Program-made: the position numbers and the translations under genes
DNA from: Chloroflexota bacterium
GTDB lineage: Bacteria; Chloroflexota; Limnocylindria; QHBO01
Reading direction: 5' to 3'
Assembly: GCA_005879815.1 (NCBI GenBank)
Contig: VBKA01000069.1
Coordinates: 1-32,435 of the forward strand
DNA: 32,435 bases
Notes under the pieces: model-generated
Seen by the model: only the letters and a program-made list of their open reading frames with translations
Databases searched by the model: none
Told to the model about the DNA's origin: nothing
In this document: positions 1-9,400 of the stretch, in pieces
How positions within the stretch are numbered: position 1 is the first letter of the stretch
Layout: each line of letters opens with the position of its first letter

Positions 1-1
1 C

Positions 2-814
2 CAGATGAAGATCTGGTGCCCGTTCCATGAGGAGGTCATCCCGCGCTCGGAGACTGTGCGCGGCTACGAGTGGAGCAAGGACAAGTACGTGGTGGTCACC
101 GACGAGGACCTGGAGTCGGTGCCGCTCAAGACGGTGCGGGCAATCGAGATCGAGAAGTTCGTGGACGAGGAGCAGGCCGAAGAGACCGCCTCGCGCTTCG
201 TCAAGCAGGCTTACTACCTGGAGCCAGATGAGATCGGCCGTAAGGCGTTCTACCTGTTGAAATCGGTGCTCGCCGACGCCGGCAAGACCGCGATCTGCAA
301 GATCGTGCTGAGGGACCGCGAGCAGCTGGCAGCCCTCAACCCCTTCTCGGAGACGATGCTGCTGACCACGCTGCATTGGCCCGATGAGATCCGCTCCCTG
401 GAGGAGCTGAACCTCCCTGAGCAGGAGATCGAGATCAAGCCCACCGAGCGCAAGATGGCCGAGCAGCTGGTGGATTCGATGACCGGGGAGTTCGATGCCA
501 CCGAGTACAAGGACGACTACCGCGAGGCGCTGATGGGCGTCATCGAGGCCAAGGTGGCGGGTGAAGAGCCGACGCGGGCGGCCAAGGCGGAGCCGACCAA
601 GATCGGCGACCTGATGGCCGCCCTTGAGGCGTCGGTCGCCGCCGCTCGCGAGGGACGTCGCGCTGGTGGCGAGGAGACCAAGGCCCCAGCCGCCGAAGGC
701 GGTGGACGCTCCAGGCGCTCCGCGAAGGAGCCTGCGAAGAGCAGGGGCGGTGAGCGGGCCGGCGCGCGCCGAGCCCAGGAGGAGAAGCCGGCTCGGCGCC
801 GCAAGACGGCGTAG
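2..814 (+). CDS. ku: Ku protein (NHEJ DNA end-binding), 5'-partial
   Basis: Ku core motifs are present: VRGYEWSKDKYVVVTDEDL, IEIEKFVD, YYLEPD, LHWPDEIR, YKDDYREAL, DLMAALEASV. It ends in a basic, low-complexity C-terminal tail. The frame is open at the window edge and the usual N-terminal ~45 aa are missing, so the real start lies upstream. Confidence 0.95.
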   Translation, partial: QMKIWCPFHEEVIPRSETVRGYEWSKDKYVVVTDEDLESVPLKTVRAIEIEKFVDEEQAEETASRFVKQAYYLEPDEIGRKAFYLLKSVLADAGKTAICKIVLRDREQLAALNPFSETMLLTTLHWPDEIRSLEELNLPEQEIEIKPTERKMAEQLVDSMTGEFDATEYKDDYREALMGVIEAKVAGEEPTRAAKAEPTKIGDLMAALEASVAAAREGRRAGGEETKAPAAEGGGRSRRSAKEPAKSRGGERAGARRAQEEKPARRRKTA

Positions 815-823
815 CCTCGCGCC

Positions 824-1519
824 GTGCTCGGCGACCAGCTCAAGCTCCCGCTCCCCGAGGAGCAGGCCGCACCGCGCCTTCCAGAACGGATCAACCCGAT
901 GCAGGCGGTCGGCGTCGACCAGCCCTTCGACGACCCTGGGTACTTCTTCGAGCCGTGGTGGCCGGGCGCCCGAGCGCTCGCCTTCGTCGAGTCGGGACGG
1001 CTGCGGATGCAGGTGAGCGGACTGTCAGATCCCCTCGCGGCTTTCCCGGAGCTGCGCGATCTGCCCCGGCAGGTGGTCGGGGAGGGCGTGGTGCTGGACG
1101 GCACCCTGCTTGTCCTCGACGACGAAGGGCGTCCTGATTCGGAGCTCCTGCGGGCGCGGCTGACCGGTGCCCCCTCCGGCGCGACCGGTCCCGGGAGACC
1201 GGCGTACGTGGCTGCGGACCTGCTCTGGAGCGAGGGGGCGTCCTGGACCCGACGGCCGTTCAGCGCTCGGCGCGATCGTCTGACGGCCGTGTTGCCGGCC
1301 GGGGACCGGGTGATCGTCGGCCGCGGCTACGTTCAGGAGGGGACGTTGGTGGCCGAGGCACTTGCCGCGCTGGGCCTGGACGGTCTCTCCGCGCGGCGCC
1401 TCGCCGCTCGCTACCGGGCGGGGTCGGGCCACGACGCCTGGTTGCGTGCGCCCATCACCCCGCCGGAACCCCGGCCCCGCCCCACGCTGGCGCTCATCCT
1501 TCGCCTGCCGCTGACCTGA
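824..1519 (+). CDS. ATP-dependent DNA ligase adenylation-domain homolog (LigD/LigC-like), catalytically degenerate, no OB domain
   Basis: Collinear ligase-like segments: INPMQA, PFDDPGYFFEPWWPGARA, FPEL, VVLDGTLLV, YVAADLLW, RPFSARRDRL, GLDGLSARR, RYRAG..WLR. It starts 9 bp after ku. The motif I KxDG lysine is absent. Confidence 0.8.
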   Translation: MLGDQLKLPLPEEQAAPRLPERINPMQAVGVDQPFDDPGYFFEPWWPGARALAFVESGRLRMQVSGLSDPLAAFPELRDLPRQVVGEGVVLDGTLLVLDDEGRPDSELLRARLTGAPSGATGPGRPAYVAADLLWSEGASWTRRPFSARRDRLTAVLPAGDRVIVGRGYVQEGTLVAEALAALGLDGLSARRLAARYRAGSGHDAWLRAPITPPEPRPRPTLALILRLPLT

Positions 1520-1522
1520 CCC

Positions 1523-3787
1523 TTATCCGTCCGGGGGCAGGAAGCGCTCGAGCGCCCACGGCCACGGAGGTGCCGGCGTCAGCCGCTCGGCGGCCTGCAC
1601 GAGCTCGTCCCGGGGAGCGATGTGCAGCGAGCTGATCTCGTAGGTTACCGGTGGCGGAGGCTGGGCGACGAACGCCAGCGCCCCACCACGCAGGAAAGCG
1701 GCGACCGCGATCACCTGGGTCGGGTCCTCACTCCAGTGCGCCTTGAGCACCGACGCGACTTCCCAGGTGAGCGGTTCGAACGGCTGGCGGCGCTCGGCGT
1801 CCACCAGTGCATCGGCAGCATAGGCGTGGTCGCCGCGGATCGCCGCTGCGACGGCGGTGACGACCGGATCGCTCCCGGCCGGTGCGATCACGGGCTCGCC
1901 CTCCGCTGCCAGTGCCAGGACGAGCGCCAGCTGGCTGGTTACCGTCGCCGGCGACGGCAGGCTCGCCGGGTCGATGAGGACGCGACGCGGCCAGGAGACG
2001 CTCAACGCCGTGGAACGGTTGTCGAGCAGCGAGCGCCCATACAGGTCGTCTGCCTGTTGCGGGCGGCCTAAGCGGTCCTCGACGAGCGCCGCGTTGATCA
2101 GCTCGCGGTGCGTCACCGGGCTCCAGCGAGCCGATGCATCGGCCGCTACCAGGGCGCATGGGCGATCGCCGCCCGCCGCGCAGAGCAGCGCCAGATTCGT
2201 CCATGACGGGCCGTCGCCGGGGTTCAGCCGCGTCGCCTCCCGAGCCGCCGCGATGGCCGTCTCGCGATCTCCGACCATGTCGGCAGCCACGGCCAGGGCC
2301 TTGGGTCCGCTCGGCTGCCATGGATCGAGCGCAGTCGATGCCCGATACCAGCCCTCGGCAGAGCTCCATCGGCCGGCCCAGACGTCCTCCGTTGCGAGCC
2401 GGTAGGTGACGCTCGCGGCGTCACCCAGCAGCACGGGAATGAGCAGAGCTGCCGCCGCGATGGCGGCCACCACGACTGCGCGAGTCGGGAGGCGAGGGCG
2501 CGTCCAGGACACGGCGCCAGCATCGACCACCGCGACTGCCGCCAGCAGCAGGACGATCAGGTCGAAGCTGGGCAGGAAGGTCAGGTCCTCGACGACACCG
2601 GCGACCAGGAAGCCGGCCAGGACCGAGGCCGCGGCCCGCCCGCGCGTGGTTCGCGATCGCTGTGGCCCGGCGATCCAGAAGAAGAGGACGACGATCGACA
2701 GGCCGGCGGCCAGGCCGAGCAGCCCGGCATCGCCCAGCACGCCCAGCGCCAGGTCGTGGGAATGGGGCTGGCGAATCGGCCCGATGCCTGGCGCGGCAGC
2801 TGCCTGGCGGGCGTAGGGCATGGTTCCCGGCCCGATACCGGTGATCGGGCTCACCGACCAGGCCGTGAGCGTGTCCATCCACAGGCGCTCGCGATAGACC
2901 AGCGAGGTGATGGCCGTGAATCGCGGAGCCACGAATGCGACTCCGATCGCCAGCACCACGACGAGCAGGGCGGCGGCGACCAGTCCTCCGCGGCTCGGAC
3001 GAGGAAGACGGAACCGTGGCAGGCGGCCGACGGCGGGTGCGACGAACACAAGTGCGGCCACGCCGAGCGCCAACCAGGCCGAACGCGACCCTGACAGGGC
3101 CGCCAGCGGCGCGATCAGCACGACCGTTGTCCCCAGCAGCAGCAGCCGCAGCCAGCGAGGCCGGACGAGCAGGCAGAGCGGAAGCAGGCCGAGGAGGATG
3201 AATGGTGGCACGGCAACCGAACCAAACGCGGTCGATTCGCCCACGACACGCACCGGCGGGAGACCTCCGACACCCAGCGAGAACCAGCCGATCCGCCGCG
3301 AAACGAGCTGCCACAGGATCGAGGCCGCCAGCATCAGGGTGGGAACCATCGCCACCAGCGCGGCCAGGACCGGTCGGCGGGTGATCGCCAGGATTGCGAG
3401 CGGCAGCAGGCCGGCGAACGCGAGGGTCGCCGCCAAGGCGCGGGCCGCGAGCCCGTGATTTTGACCGAGCACACTGGCCAGCCCGAGCGCCACCAGGAAG
3501 ACGAGGATCGGGATCTCGAGGCGCGATCGGGGAAACGGCGCTCCTCGCAGAAGCGCCACCACGCCTGTTGCCAGTGCAGCACCGCCGAGAAGATGCAGCA
3601 TGAGCTGGAGGCGGCCGTCCCAGAGCGCGCTGTCCCAGCCCAGGTTGCCGAAGACGGCCAGGCCTCCGAGGGAGGCGCACAGCTCGACGGGTGTCAGCCG
3701 TGCGTGCCCGATCCAGATCGTCCGCGGGAAGCGCCGCCGGTCGCCGTCCAGGCTGGTTGCCGGCGGATCGGCCTCAGGCCGAGACAC
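1523..3787 (-). CDS. O-antigen ligase (Wzy_C)-family polytopic membrane protein with C-terminal TPR-like repeats
   Basis: About 12 hydrophobic segments, with SGSRSAWLA, R..LW..TL...PITGIGPG and HSHDLAL motifs. The helical TPR-like tail includes ATRLNPGDGPSWTNLAL. The start overlaps the CYTH stop region. Confidence 0.85.
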   Translation of the reverse strand: MSRPEADPPATSLDGDRRRFPRTIWIGHARLTPVELCASLGGLAVFGNLGWDSALWDGRLQLMLHLLGGAALATGVVALLRGAPFPRSRLEIPILVFLVALGLASVLGQNHGLAARALAATLAFAGLLPLAILAITRRPVLAALVAMVPTLMLAASILWQLVSRRIGWFSLGVGGLPPVRVVGESTAFGSVAVPPFILLGLLPLCLLVRPRWLRLLLLGTTVVLIAPLAALSGSRSAWLALGVAALVFVAPAVGRLPRFRLPRPSRGGLVAAALLVVVLAIGVAFVAPRFTAITSLVYRERLWMDTLTAWSVSPITGIGPGTMPYARQAAAAPGIGPIRQPHSHDLALGVLGDAGLLGLAAGLSIVVLFFWIAGPQRSRTTRGRAAASVLAGFLVAGVVEDLTFLPSFDLIVLLLAAVAVVDAGAVSWTRPRLPTRAVVVAAIAAAALLIPVLLGDAASVTYRLATEDVWAGRWSSAEGWYRASTALDPWQPSGPKALAVAADMVGDRETAIAAAREATRLNPGDGPSWTNLALLCAAGGDRPCALVAADASARWSPVTHRELINAALVEDRLGRPQQADDLYGRSLLDNRSTALSVSWPRRVLIDPASLPSPATVTSQLALVLALAAEGEPVIAPAGSDPVVTAVAAAIRGDHAYAADALVDAERRQPFEPLTWEVASVLKAHWSEDPTQVIAVAAFLRGGALAFVAQPPPPVTYEISSLHIAPRDELVQAAERLTPAPPWPWALERFLPPDG

Positions 3788-4487
3788 GGTCGATGAGCGC
3801 CACGGCCCGCTCGAGCTTGGTCATCGGCTCAATGGCGAGACCTCCGACAGCGAGCAGGTCGGCCAGCAGGCGGCGGATCGGGCCCTCTCGCGGTGCTGCG
3901 GTCGTCCGTTCGATCTCGAGCTCGACGCACCAGAGCCGGCCGATGGGCGCTCCGTGCTGGACAACGCTGATTCGATCCAGGCTCAGGATCCCGACGCGAA
4001 CGAGCCCGTCGCGTACCGAGCGCTCGGTCCTGCGCTGCCGCAGCACGAATCGTTCCTGCAGCTCCCGCCCGCCGGTGAGCTCCAGGAGGCGATCGCGCGC
4101 GGCGGAGGCCGGCCAGTCCCTGGGATCCAGGCGGGCGCTCGCGGGTCCCTCGATCTCCGGTCGCCGATGCAGCGCGCCGCCCAGTGTCTCCTCCTGTGCG
4201 CCATCCGGCCCGTCAGTCGCGGCTGCCGGAGGTCCCTTGAGCGAGATCAGGTGCCGCCTCGCTCGTCTCCGATGCCGGCATGCCCAGCCGGCGGCGGCCA
4301 GGCGGCCTTCGCCGGTATCCAGGTAGCGATCGACCTCGAGAAACGTATCTGGCGTACCGAGCGGCATCGAGCCGAGCTGCCGCATGCCGGCAAGCCGCTG
4401 CAGCGGACCCTCGCCCGTCGCTGAGAGCTTGAGCTCGGTTTCGACCAGGCCCGGGTCGAGCCGTCCTGCAAACGAGCCCTCAGCCAC
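3774..4487 (-). CDS. CYTH-domain (triphosphate tunnel metalloenzyme) protein
   Basis: ExExK motif (ETELKL) plus DRYLDT, ISLKG, RPEIE, LSLDRI, VELEIE and TKLER. The start was re-called at GTG 4487, which overlaps the WYL gene stop; the ORF-track start at 4625 lies inside the WYL gene. Confidence 0.85.
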   Translation of the reverse strand: MAEGSFAGRLDPGLVETELKLSATGEGPLQRLAGMRQLGSMPLGTPDTFLEVDRYLDTGEGRLAAAGWACRHRRRARRHLISLKGPPAAATDGPDGAQEETLGGALHRRPEIEGPASARLDPRDWPASAARDRLLELTGGRELQERFVLRQRRTERSVRDGLVRVGILSLDRISVVQHGAPIGRLWCVELEIERTTAAPREGPIRRLLADLLAVGGLAIEPMTKLERAVALIDRVSA

Positions 4488-5541
4488 CAGGACGCGCCGC
4501 CGCCACCGGTCCATAGCGCATGGCGGTCCTGCCCACGACCTGGGCAACGGACTCGCGCAGGCTGGCGGGGGCCAGGACCTCAACCGCATCGCCCCACGAC
4601 AGGATCCACGGCCGGATCTCGACAATACCGGCGACGGTGAAGGTCAGCTCGACGCCCCCGTCAGGCAGCTTGACCAAGCGCTGCGAGCGGTGCCACACCG
4701 CCTCCTGCACGCGACGCGCGATCGAGGCGTCGAACCGCAGACGGACCTCCTCGGTGGGCGTGCCTTCCGAGGACCAGATCCCCCACGAGTGTGCGAGGTA
4801 GCGGTCAGGATCGAAATCATCGGGAATCTCGTAGCGCTTGGTGGTCAGCGTGGCGGATCGAGTGCGCTCGATCTTGAACGTGCGCAGGGCGCCGGCGGAC
4901 TCGTCGAAGCCGATGAGATACACGGTGCGCAGCGCGGCATCCGGCTCCAGGAAGTACGGGTGGACCCGCGTTGACCGGCGGGGCCCCTCGCTTGGCTCGT
5001 AGTCGATCTCCACCACCAGCCCCTCGGACCATCCTCGCGCGACGGTCGCGAAGGTCCGCGTGAAGGGCTCGTTCGGCGAGTGCTCCCCGACCGCCAGCAT
5101 CGTGGCCGCCACGTGCCTGGCGATCGGCTGAGGGAGAAGGTCGGCGAGCTTGGTGAACGCGCTCACGACGGCCTGGTCGTATTCATCGCTCCAGCGTGCG
5201 ATAAGCCGGGCCGCCAGGAAGAGCACGATCGCCTCAGGCACGGACAGGTGCAGGGGCGGCAGGAAGTACTTGCGCTCGATCCCGTATCGGCCCCTCCCAG
5301 CCTGGAAGATGGGGACCGCGAGCTCCTCCTCGAGCGCGTTGAGGTCGCGGTAGACCGTCCGGGTGGTCATGCCAGTGAGCCTCGCGATCTCCGCGACGGG
5401 GACGCCCTGCTCGCCGCTTCCCACGCTGTACAGGATCGACGCGACCCGCAGCAGACGCGCGAGGCGATCACGCTTGCGTCCGGCGCGATCGTCGGCGAGC
5501 CCGTCCTCGCCCCACTCGTCGGCTGCTGGATCAGCCCTCAT
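4480..5541 (-). CDS. HTH-WYL-WCX transcriptional regulator (YafY/PafB/PafC-like)
   Basis: N-terminal wHTH (VAEIARLTGMTTRTVYRDLNAL), WYL domain (RVHPYFL...VYLIGFD...LRTFKIERTR), and WCX domain (WILSWGDAVEVLAPASLR). Confidence 0.93.
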   Translation of the reverse strand: MRADPAADEWGEDGLADDRAGRKRDRLARLLRVASILYSVGSGEQGVPVAEIARLTGMTTRTVYRDLNALEEELAVPIFQAGRGRYGIERKYFLPPLHLSVPEAIVLFLAARLIARWSDEYDQAVVSAFTKLADLLPQPIARHVAATMLAVGEHSPNEPFTRTFATVARGWSEGLVVEIDYEPSEGPRRSTRVHPYFLEPDAALRTVYLIGFDESAGALRTFKIERTRSATLTTKRYEIPDDFDPDRYLAHSWGIWSSEGTPTEEVRLRFDASIARRVQEAVWHRSQRLVKLPDGGVELTFTVAGIVEIRPWILSWGDAVEVLAPASLRESVAQVVGRTAMRYGPVAAARPGG

Positions 5542-5548
5542 CGGCCGG

Positions 5549-5554
5549 ATGGTA
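5549..5554 (-). promoter_or_regulatory. -10 element (TACCAT) of a probable leaderless WYL transcript
   Basis: TAnnnT hexamer 7 nt upstream of the ATG at 5541, with no Shine-Dalgarno in between. Confidence 0.55.
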
Positions 5555-5583
5555 CGCCGCGCCGGGGGATGAGGGTCCGACGG

Positions 5584-6369
5584 CTAGCTCGCGGCTGGTG
5601 GGGAACTGGTCGCCGGCGTGGAGGCGCCGGCACCACTCGGATTCGCGCTGGCCCGCGGGGTCGGGCTTGGACGTGGCGTGGGGGTCGGCGCCGGCTGTCC
5701 CGGCAATGCCTTCAGCATGGCGCGATTGGCCGCGTCGCTCGACCCGGTCAAGAGAAAGACGTATTGCCCGGCGCTCCAGCAATAGAGGGTCGTGCCGGGG
5801 AGGGTCGCGGCATCGTCGCCGCGTCTCCAGACGCGCTTGCCGGCGACGATCGTTGCCCGCCACGCTTCGAGGTGCAGTCCGTGGATGCCCACGTACTGGC
5901 CGGCAGCCGCGAGATACGGACGAAGCGTCGCGGTATCGACAGGTGCGCCGCCAACCCGGACGGCGAAGAGCGAGAGACGCGGCTTCTCGACGAAGGCGAC
6001 CGCCAGAGACTCGAAGCGGAGGCCCAGCTCGCCGAACGTCAGGCCGATGTCGCCCGGGGTGATGCCGAACTCGCTGGGTGCCGGCTTCTCCACGTGAGCA
6101 CCGACGATCCTGGCGGGGATCAGCGCCTCCAGCTGGGGATCCGGCTGATTTGTGAAGCGCGGCGTGGGCGCGGGGGTCGGGGACGGCCGGACGCTTGGCG
6201 TCGGCGTCGCGGGCATGGTGCTGCCCGACACCGAGGGGCTGGGTGTCGTGCTGCCCGGTCCCGGCTCAGCGGTCGAGCACGCTGCCAGCACGACCACCGC
6301 CAGCACGAGGCATGGGCCGAGCGTACGCCACGGAGACGGGCGTGCGGCAGCAAGGAGATGCGTCGGCAT
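5584..6369 (-). CDS. Hypothetical lipoprotein with Pro/Thr/Ser-rich linkers
   Basis: Hydrophobic stretch ending in the lipobox VLAAC. PT/PS-rich segments flank a globular core. An extended -10 (TGcTATCCT) lies 10 nt upstream of the start. Confidence 0.75.
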   Translation of the reverse strand: MPTHLLAAARPSPWRTLGPCLVLAVVVLAACSTAEPGPGSTTPSPSVSGSTMPATPTPSVRPSPTPAPTPRFTNQPDPQLEALIPARIVGAHVEKPAPSEFGITPGDIGLTFGELGLRFESLAVAFVEKPRLSLFAVRVGGAPVDTATLRPYLAAAGQYVGIHGLHLEAWRATIVAGKRVWRRGDDAATLPGTTLYCWSAGQYVFLLTGSSDAANRAMLKALPGQPAPTPTPRPSPTPRASANPSGAGASTPATSSPPAAS

Positions 6370-6390
6370 GGGCGCCGACAGGATAGCAGC

Positions 6391-6429
6391 CGACCGCCCA
6401 GCCAGACGGACCGGCCAACCGGGCGGTCG
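6391..6429. terminator. GC-rich inverted repeat downstream of the GGDEF gene (possible terminator)
   Basis: CGACCGCCC (6391-6399) pairs with GGGCGGTCG (6421-6429). There is no U-tract. Confidence 0.35.
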
Positions 6430-6442
6430 CGCTGATGGCGGG

Positions 6443-9400
6443 TCAGGCGGCTCCAGCGACGGCGGGTCGGTCCGTGCGTCGCCGTCGCGCTCGGATCGGC
6501 TCGGGGTCCGGCACGACGACGGCCTGAAGCGCGTCCAGCACCTCGCCTCGCAGGCGGGGATGCGCGGCCTTCATCGCGGCCACCGCTTCCCCAAACTGCC
6601 GTCGCCGGGCAGACGGAGCGTGGGCCATCTCGTCGTAGGCATTGGCGGCGGCGACGACTTCGGTGGCCAGCGAGGTGGAGGCGCGCAGTCGCCGCCGCGG
6701 ACGGCCCTCTGCGAGCTGACGGACACCCGCGATCACCTCGCCCACTTCGCGCAACGAGCGGATGGCTCCGAGCTCAGTACGTCCGAGGCTCGTCACCTCA
6801 TGCAGGCGCGCCGCCAGCTCGATGACCTCGATCTCCTCCTGCGTACAACCGAGACGCTCGGCCATCGCGGAGGCCAATCGTCCAACACGGTCCGCGTGCT
6901 GGCTCATGGCCTTCCCAGGATCGAGCGAGCGAGACACCGTCAGGAGCACGGAGCGGGTTGCATCCTCGGATTGGACGTCCGCGCCGCCCAGGCGCGCGGC
7001 CTTCTCGACCAGGTGCTCGACCGCGCCCGCCTCTTCCGGGTGCATGAGGGCCGCGCGGGCCAGCTGGTCGAGCGTTCCGCGCAGGTCGCGCATCTCGCTC
7101 GGCACGTCGGCGAAGCGCACGACCCGGTTCTCCCCGGACCGCTTGCCGTGATAGAGCGCCGTGTCCGCGGCGGTGATGAGGGAGTTCTTGTCTCGCGCAT
7201 CGGCCGGGAAGGCCGCGGCGCCCACGGTGATGGTCACCGGGGTCGCCTCCGAGGCGCTCAGGCGGGCGACGGCCCGGCGGATCCGGTCGCCGACAACGGC
7301 GGCGTCGGCAGCGTCCACGTCGCTCAGCACGAGCGCCAGCTCGTCGCCTCCGTAGCGGTAGACGCGGTCACCGGTGCGCGCCGCGGTGGTGATTGCGCTG
7401 CCGATGGCCTGCAGCAGGGTGTCGCCGGCCGGGTGGCCCAGCCGATCGTTGTAGTCCTTGAAGCGATCGAGGTCCATCATCAGCAGGCCGATGCGCGGTG
7501 TGTCGGCCGTATCCGGGTCGGCCTCCTCGAGCAGCTCCGACAGGTAGCGCTGGAACGAGCCGTGATTGCCCAGGCCGGTGAGCGCATCGGTCTCGGCGCG
7601 GATGCTGACGGCCTGGTGCGCCTCGGCCGGTCTCCGAGAAGTACGCCTCCTCGCCTCCGATGCGCCCGATGTTCATGGAGCCGATCGCCTCGCCGTCGTT
7701 GATGAGCGGCACGACGCAGAGCGCCTCCGGATCGGGTGGCGTCCCCGGAATCTGCAGCGCGCGGGGATCGTTGAGGGCGTCGTTGGCGAGGACCGGCTCG
7801 CCGTTATCGAGGGCCCAGCCCATCAGGCCGCGACCGAAGGGGATGATGTAGCGCGCCACCTCGGCGGCGTGCCGTTCGCGGGTGAGGACCGGGACGAAGA
7901 TTCGCTTGAGGTGGTCCGCGCGGTAGATCGAGAGGTTGTCGTAGGTCACCACCGAGCGCAGCCCGTCGGCGATCAGCTCAAGGACGCTGGCCTGGTCGAA
8001 GGTCGAGAGCAGCTTCTCGTTGATCTCCAGCAGACGGCGTTGCGACTGCAGCTGTCGCGCGAGCTCGCCTGACTGGATCTCGAGGCGCTCGAACGAGCGC
8101 GCGTTGGCGATGGCCTGCGCCGCGTAGCCGGCGAAGATCGACATCGTCGCCAGGTCATCGGTGCTGAACTGGTTGGTGCCCAGCTTGGAGAGTGCCACCA
8201 CGCCGACCGCTCGACCCTCGTACAGCATCGGCACCACCAGCATCGACTCGTCGATGTCATCGGTCCCGTCGATGGTGTGGCCTCGGTCATCGGCGAGCGC
8301 GTCGTTGATGAGCATCGGCTCGCCGGTCTGCGCCACCATGCCGGTGAACGAGCCTTCGCCGACGGTCACCCGCAGCCGGTCGCGGAAGTCGCCCTCGCCC
8401 AGCAGGCGGTCCGTGAACGCGACCGGCTCGCAGATTCCATGCTCCCAATCAACGGTATAGATGCGGATGTCGTGGTACTCGGCGAGGGTGCTCGCCTCGG
8501 CGACGATTGCCTCGGCGATGGCCTGCACGTCGGTCAGCCGGTTGAGCCGCGACGAGAGGTCCTGGATCGAACGCATGCGGGCTGCCTGGTCGGCGACCGA
8601 CCGATACAGCCGCGCGTTGCTGATTGCCACCGCCGCCTGGTTCGCGAACGACTGGACCAGCGTGAGCTCCTCCTCCGGCCATTCCCGGTCGCGCGTGTGG
8701 TAGAGACCGATGACGCCCACCGCCCGCTCGTGGCTGACCAGCGGGACGAGGCAGGCTGTCTCAATGCTCTCCGCGGCGTAGGTGGCTCGCATCTCACCGG
8801 CGGTCGTGTCGGTGCCGGCCCGGTGCACCACAAACGTGCGCCGCTCCCGCACGGCCCGGACGCCAACCGAGACGCTCTGCAGGTTGAGCGCGCGCACTCG
8901 AGCCTGGAACGCGTCACCGATGCCGCGTGAGGCGGCGAGCTGGAATGGGTGATTGCCCTCGACCACCAACCACAGCCCGGCCTTGTCCGCTTCGAAGAGG
9001 GCGCGGGTCCGATCGACGACGTCGTCGAGCACTGCGGCGAGATCGAGTTGACCGGTAAGCTCCTGGGTGACCGCCCGCAGCGCACGGGAACGCGTCACCT
9101 CGCGACGAGCGCGCGACAGGAGGCGGGCATTGTGGACGGCGACCCCCAGCGCTCCGGCGACGGTGCGCAGGAAGGGCAGCTGGGCGCGGCTGAGGGTCGT
9201 CCCGGTCGGGTCTGCGATGACCAGCAGGCCCAGTGGGTCGCCCGCTGCCCTCAAGACGAGCCGGGCCTCGGTCATCGGCTCGCCGTCCTGCCCCATCCTC
9301 GCCTCGACCTGGGCCAATGCCGACTCCTCGATCAACGATGGGGGAGCGACGTGATAGCCCGCATGCGTTTCGAGGCGGAGGGCTCCCCGGCTGGCCAGGT

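Noticed and set aside
4480-5541. WYL gene as marker of an anti-phage defence island
   Set aside because: Its neighbours are housekeeping or envelope genes, there is no evident compositional shift, and there are no restriction, CBASS, BREX or Cas genes.
6443-7480. Stand-alone GGDEF gene starting at ATG 7480
   Set aside because: The frame stays open for 49 more codons upstream and contains the domain's DALTGLGN motif. It is the 3' part of the frameshifted HTH-GAF gene.
7620-7640. Programmed ribosomal frameshift
   Set aside because: There is no slippery run, and a whole conserved GAF helix is missing, which recoding cannot restore.
5080-7702. Long plus-strand ORFs 5080-6435 and 6152-7702
   Set aside because: They are antisense shadows of well-supported minus-strand genes in high-GC DNA and have no recognisable motifs.
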